A DNA stretch of 64,000 nucleotides from Macrostomum lignano (lineage: Eukaryota), in contig NIVC01000342.1 in the NCBI GenBank assembly GCA_002269645.1, positions 1 to 64,000 of the forward strand, given 5' to 3'. Position numbers and translations under genes: made by a program. Below, in pieces: positions 59,440-64,000 of this stretch; positions within the stretch are counted from its first letter, which is position 1, and every line of letters begins with the position of its first letter. The notes under the pieces were generated by a model. The model saw only the letters and a list, made by a program, of their open reading frames with translations, did not search any database and was not told where the DNA came from.

Positions 59440-60500
59440 GACACTAAGATGCTAATGTAGACACTAATACACATTAAGACACTAATACAGACACTAATAA
59501 GACTATTGCAGACACTAAGACACTAATACAGACACTAATGCAGACACTAATGCAGACACTAATGCAAACAGTAAGACACTAATAAGATACTAATAATACA
59601 CTAATAAGACACTAATACAGACACTAATGCAGACACTAATTAGACACTAATACAGACACTAATGCAGACACTAATAAGACACTAATACAGACACTAATGC
59701 AGACACTAAGACACTAATAAAGACACTAATACAGACACTAATAAGACACTAATACAGACACTAATGCAGATACTAAGACACTAATAAAGACTAATACAGA
59801 CACTAATGCAGATACCAGTAATACATGTACACTAATAAGACACTAATACAGACACTAATAAGACACTAATACAGACACTAATAAGACACTAATACAGACA
59901 CTAATAAGACACTAATACAGACACTAATGCAGATACTAAGACACTAATAAAGACTAATACAGACACTAATGCAGATACCAGTAATACATGTACACTAATA
60001 AGACACTAATACAGACACTAATAAGACACTAATACAGACACTAATGCAGACACTAAGACACTAATAAAGACACTATTGCAGACACTAATGCAGAAACCAA
60101 GACACTAATACAGACACTAATAAGACACTAATACAAACACTAATGCAGATACTAAGACACTAATAAAGACACTATTGCAGACACTAATGCAGAAACCAAG
60201 ACACTAATACAGACACTAATGCAGATACTAATACAGACACTAATGCAGACACTAATGCAGAAACCAAGACACTAATACAGACACTAATAAGACACTAATA
60301 CAGACACTAATGCAGACACTAATGCAGAAACCAAGACACTAATACAGACACTAATAAGACAATAATACAGACACTAATGCAGACACTAATGCAGATACTA
60401 AGACACTAATAAAGACACTAATACAGACACTATTGCAGACACTAATGCAGAAACCAAGACACTAATACAGACACTAATAAGACACTTATGCAGACAATAA
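59440..60500. repeat. 10-12 bp (AGACACTAAT/ACAGACACTAAT) complex repeat
   Basis: Direct inspection. Confidence 0.95.
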
Positions 60501-61994
60501 GACGTGACTTCAGATTAATAAAAAAACCATTAAGACACCAAAGACACCAAGAGAGCCACCAAGGCAGACACAATGAACCCGATGCTATGAGATAGGACAC
60601 ACAAATACACCAGACAAGAATAAACAGCACATTAGTAAGCAAGTACCAGGAAAATACGTGGCCAACCTGATTTTGGCAGCAACAGCAGCAACCCACCGAC
60701 TACCTGCCCAGAATCCCCTTCGCTCTTGCACCCAGTTAGGCTGCACCAGCTAGAAGAAGAAACCCCCTCCCCATTGAACCTCATCGGATTCTGGGGCCAG
60801 CCAAGTGCGTGGGCGGACAGCCAATTAGATGAGGTATTCCCCAGATTCGAGTCAGACTTTCTCTCCCGAGGTCTCAGCTGCTCGCACCGGCTTGAAATTG
60901 GGTGTCCTCGATTGACTAGGCAGTCTGCCCTCTCTAGTAGTGGGGGTGTTGGACAGCCGAACCGGGTTTGAAAGAAAAAAGGCACAATACCACTCTCAAG
61001 CCGCAGGCTGCTTGAGTTTGAGCAGGACCAATACAAAAGCCTCCCCCCCGCCAGGGGGCTTTCGAAGTTTCGAAGCTCCGAAGCTGGGCTTTGTCTCGCC
61101 TCCCACGCACTTAACGGGGGTCTCTCAATACACCGACTTACGAGCTACTGCTGCATTGCGGGTGCCATTCTCAAAGACCCATCAAGCTTATATAGCTATC
61201 ATAGGGCGTTTGCTCTGTCATCCATCCATCTCAGCTATCCATCTATCTTTTGAGTCCTATTTGCGTCGCTCAGTTTTGAACTGCTAAATTTAGTCTCAGA
61301 CTTGTCAGCTATGCGGGCAAAGGTAGGGCAAAATTTAGACTGAAAAAAGAAATGAAATGAGACGCGTGTTAATATTATCTATGCAAAATTCGGGGCTTTT
61401 TTCATAACTCTCACTTTCTCTACATCTGGCGGTCCCAGTCGCCCATGGGTGAGCACTGAGTCAACACTCGCAAGCCAGCAATGCCTCCCATGCCAGCATG
61501 GAAAAGTACTCAAAGAACTGGGCGTTTTTAAAAAACTGCTTTCAACCCTCGCTAGCGCACAAACTCGCATTATTTCACATTACTCGTTTATCAGTCTCGA
61601 GTCTGTGCAAGACAGACAACAGATAGCAACTACGAGCTGTATGAGCTATTGCCTCTACTGCAGAGGCCACACTGCTCAGTCCCAATCCGATTAAGACAAG
61701 ATTCCTCAATTATTCATTCCGCTGCTCATGGCTCTGAGATGGGATCTGAATGCGGATAAAAAATACGTTGGGAAGCGAGCAGTTGTTTAGGGGTAGAGAA
61801 GCAGGTTGTAAATCAAGTGGTGCTCTAATCTGCCATGACTCAAGGACCGCTGGTTGGCCTCCCCATCCTGAGTCTGATTGAGCATCTGCAGGGGTTTCAG
61901 TGCAGCAGATTAATTTTAACTTTGAGGTTCAACTTTCCCAGACTCTCCTGAACTTCAAAATCCTTGGACTTTTCAAATCAAAGCTTTCACAAGC

Positions 61995-63992
61995 CCCAAA
62001 CTACACAAACCCTAAACTCCACAAACCCTAAACTACAGAAACCTTAAACTCCACAAGCCCCAAACTACACAAACCCTAAACTACACAAACCCTAAACTAC
62101 ACAAACCCTAAACTCCACAAACCCTAAACTACAGAAACCTTAAACTCCACAAGCCCCAAACTACACAAACCCTAAACTACACAAACCCTAAACTACACAA
62201 ACCCCAAACTACACAAACCCCAAACTACACAAACCCTAAACTACAGAAACCCTAAACTACACAAACCCTAAACTACACAAACCCTAAACTCCACAAACCC
62301 TAAACTACAGAAACCTTAAATTCCACAAGCCCCAAACTACACAAACCCTAAACTACACAAACCCTAAACTACACAAACCCCAAACTACACAAACCCCAAA
62401 CTACACAAACCCTAAACTACAGAAACCCTAAACTACACAAACCCCAAACTACACAAACCCCAAACTACACAAACCCCAAAATACACAAACCCCAAATGAC
62501 ACAAACCCTAAACTATACAAACCCCAAGCGACACAAACCCTAAACTATACAAACCCCAAGCGACACAAACCCTAAACTACACAAACCCTAACCTTCACAA
62601 ACACTAAACTACACAAACCCTAAACTACACAAACCCTAAACTACACAAACCCTAACCTTCACAAACACTAAACTACACAAACCCTAAACTCCACAAACCC
62701 TAAACCACAGAAACCTTAAACTCCACAAACCCTAAACTACACAAACCCTAAACTCCACAAACCCTAAACTACAGAAACCTTAAACTCCACAAACCCTAAA
62801 CTACAGAAACCTTAAACTCCACAAACCCTAAACTCCACAAACCCTAAACTACACAAACCCCAAACTACACAAACCCCAAACGACACAAACCCTAAACTCC
62901 ACAAACCCTAAACTACACAAACCCTAAACTCCACAAACCCTAAACTACAGAAACCTTAAACTCCACAAACCCTAAACTACACAAACCCTAAACTCCACAA
63001 ACCCTAAACTACAGAAACCTTTAACTCCACAAACCCTAAACTACACAAACCCTAAACTCCACAAACCCTAAACTACAGAAACCTTTAACTCCACAAACCC
63101 TAAACTACACAAACCCTAAACTACACAAACCCTAAACTACACGAACCCCAAACTACACAAACACCAAACTACACAAACCCCAAACTACACAAACCCTAAA
63201 CTACACAAACCCTAAACTCCACAAACCCTAAACTACAGAAACCTTAAACTCCACAAGCCCTAAACTACACAAACCCTAAACTCCACAAACCCTAAACTAC
63301 ACGAACCCTAAACTCCACAAACCCTAAACTACACAAACCCTAAACTACACAAACCCTAAACTACACAAACCCTAAACTACACAAACTCTAAACTACACAA
63401 ACCCTAAACTACACAAACTCTAAACTACACAAACCCTAAACTATACAAAACCCAAGCGACACAAACCCTAAACTACACAAACCCTAACCTTCACAAACAC
63501 TAAACTACACAAACCCTAACCTTCACAAACATTAAACTACACAAACCCTAAACTACACAAACCGTAACCTTAACAAACATTAAACTACACAAACCCTAAA
63601 CTACACAAACCCTAAACTACACAACCTCTAAACTACACAAACCCTAAACTACACAAACTCTAAACTACACAAACCCTAAACTATACAAACCCCAAGCGAC
63701 ACAAACCCTAAACTACACAAACCCTAACCTTCACAAACACTAAACTACACAAACCCTAAACTACACAAACCCTAACCTTCACAAACATTAAACTACACGA
63801 ACCCTAAACTACACAAACCCTAAACTACACAAACATTAAACTACACGAACCCTAAACTCCACAAACCCTAAACTACACAAACCCTAAACTCCACAAACCC
63901 TACACTACACAAACCCTACACTACACAAACCCCAAACGACACAAACCCTAAACTACACAAACTTCAAACGACACAAACCCTAAACTACACAA
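61995..63992. repeat. 16 bp telomere-like satellite, about 120 copies
   Basis: Unit AAACCCTAAACT(A/C)CAC; the reverse strand contains TTTAGGG. Confidence 0.97.
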
Positions 63993-64000
63993 ATCATTGC

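Noticed and set aside
61995-64000. True chromosome telomere
   Set aside because: Not a pure (TTAGGG)n tract, and the array appears to end before the window edge.

Overview
Eukaryotic (metazoan invertebrate) genomic DNA with GT-AG introns and an extreme load of simple and minisatellite repeats. The style suggests a flatworm such as Macrostomum, but that is inference only. Genes reconstructed by hand from splice sites and reading phase: (1) 5' part of NPC1 (- strand, with an apparent frameshift); (2) an IR25a/IR8a-like ionotropic receptor (+, at least 9 exons); (3) an ADMP-type BMP ligand (+, 5 exons, 424 aa); (4) a two-exon orphan with a predicted dual-acylated N-terminus and a poly-Glu tail (-, 526 aa); (5) an SLC5A/SGLT sodium:sugar symporter (+, 8 exons, 642 aa); (6) two small PDZ-domain exons buried in the 39-64 kb satellite-rich region. 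Mobile DNA: a decayed Penelope-like retroelement whose inverted terminal repeats each carry a hammerhead-ribozyme core, a Tc1 deletion derivative with TIRs and TA TSD, a hAT/Charlie MITE containing a 1 kb (CTCCT)n, a SINE remnant, and an unclassified dispersed repeat. The most striking pattern is that nearly every intron longer than about 200 nt is filled by its own private tandem array. Several units copy splice signals (the ADMP intron-1 unit begins with the 5' splice donor itself), and many share a TGAC/GTCA dyad core. Almost all long ORFs in the supplied track that overlap repeats are artefacts. All coordinates and alignments were read by eye; no searches were run.
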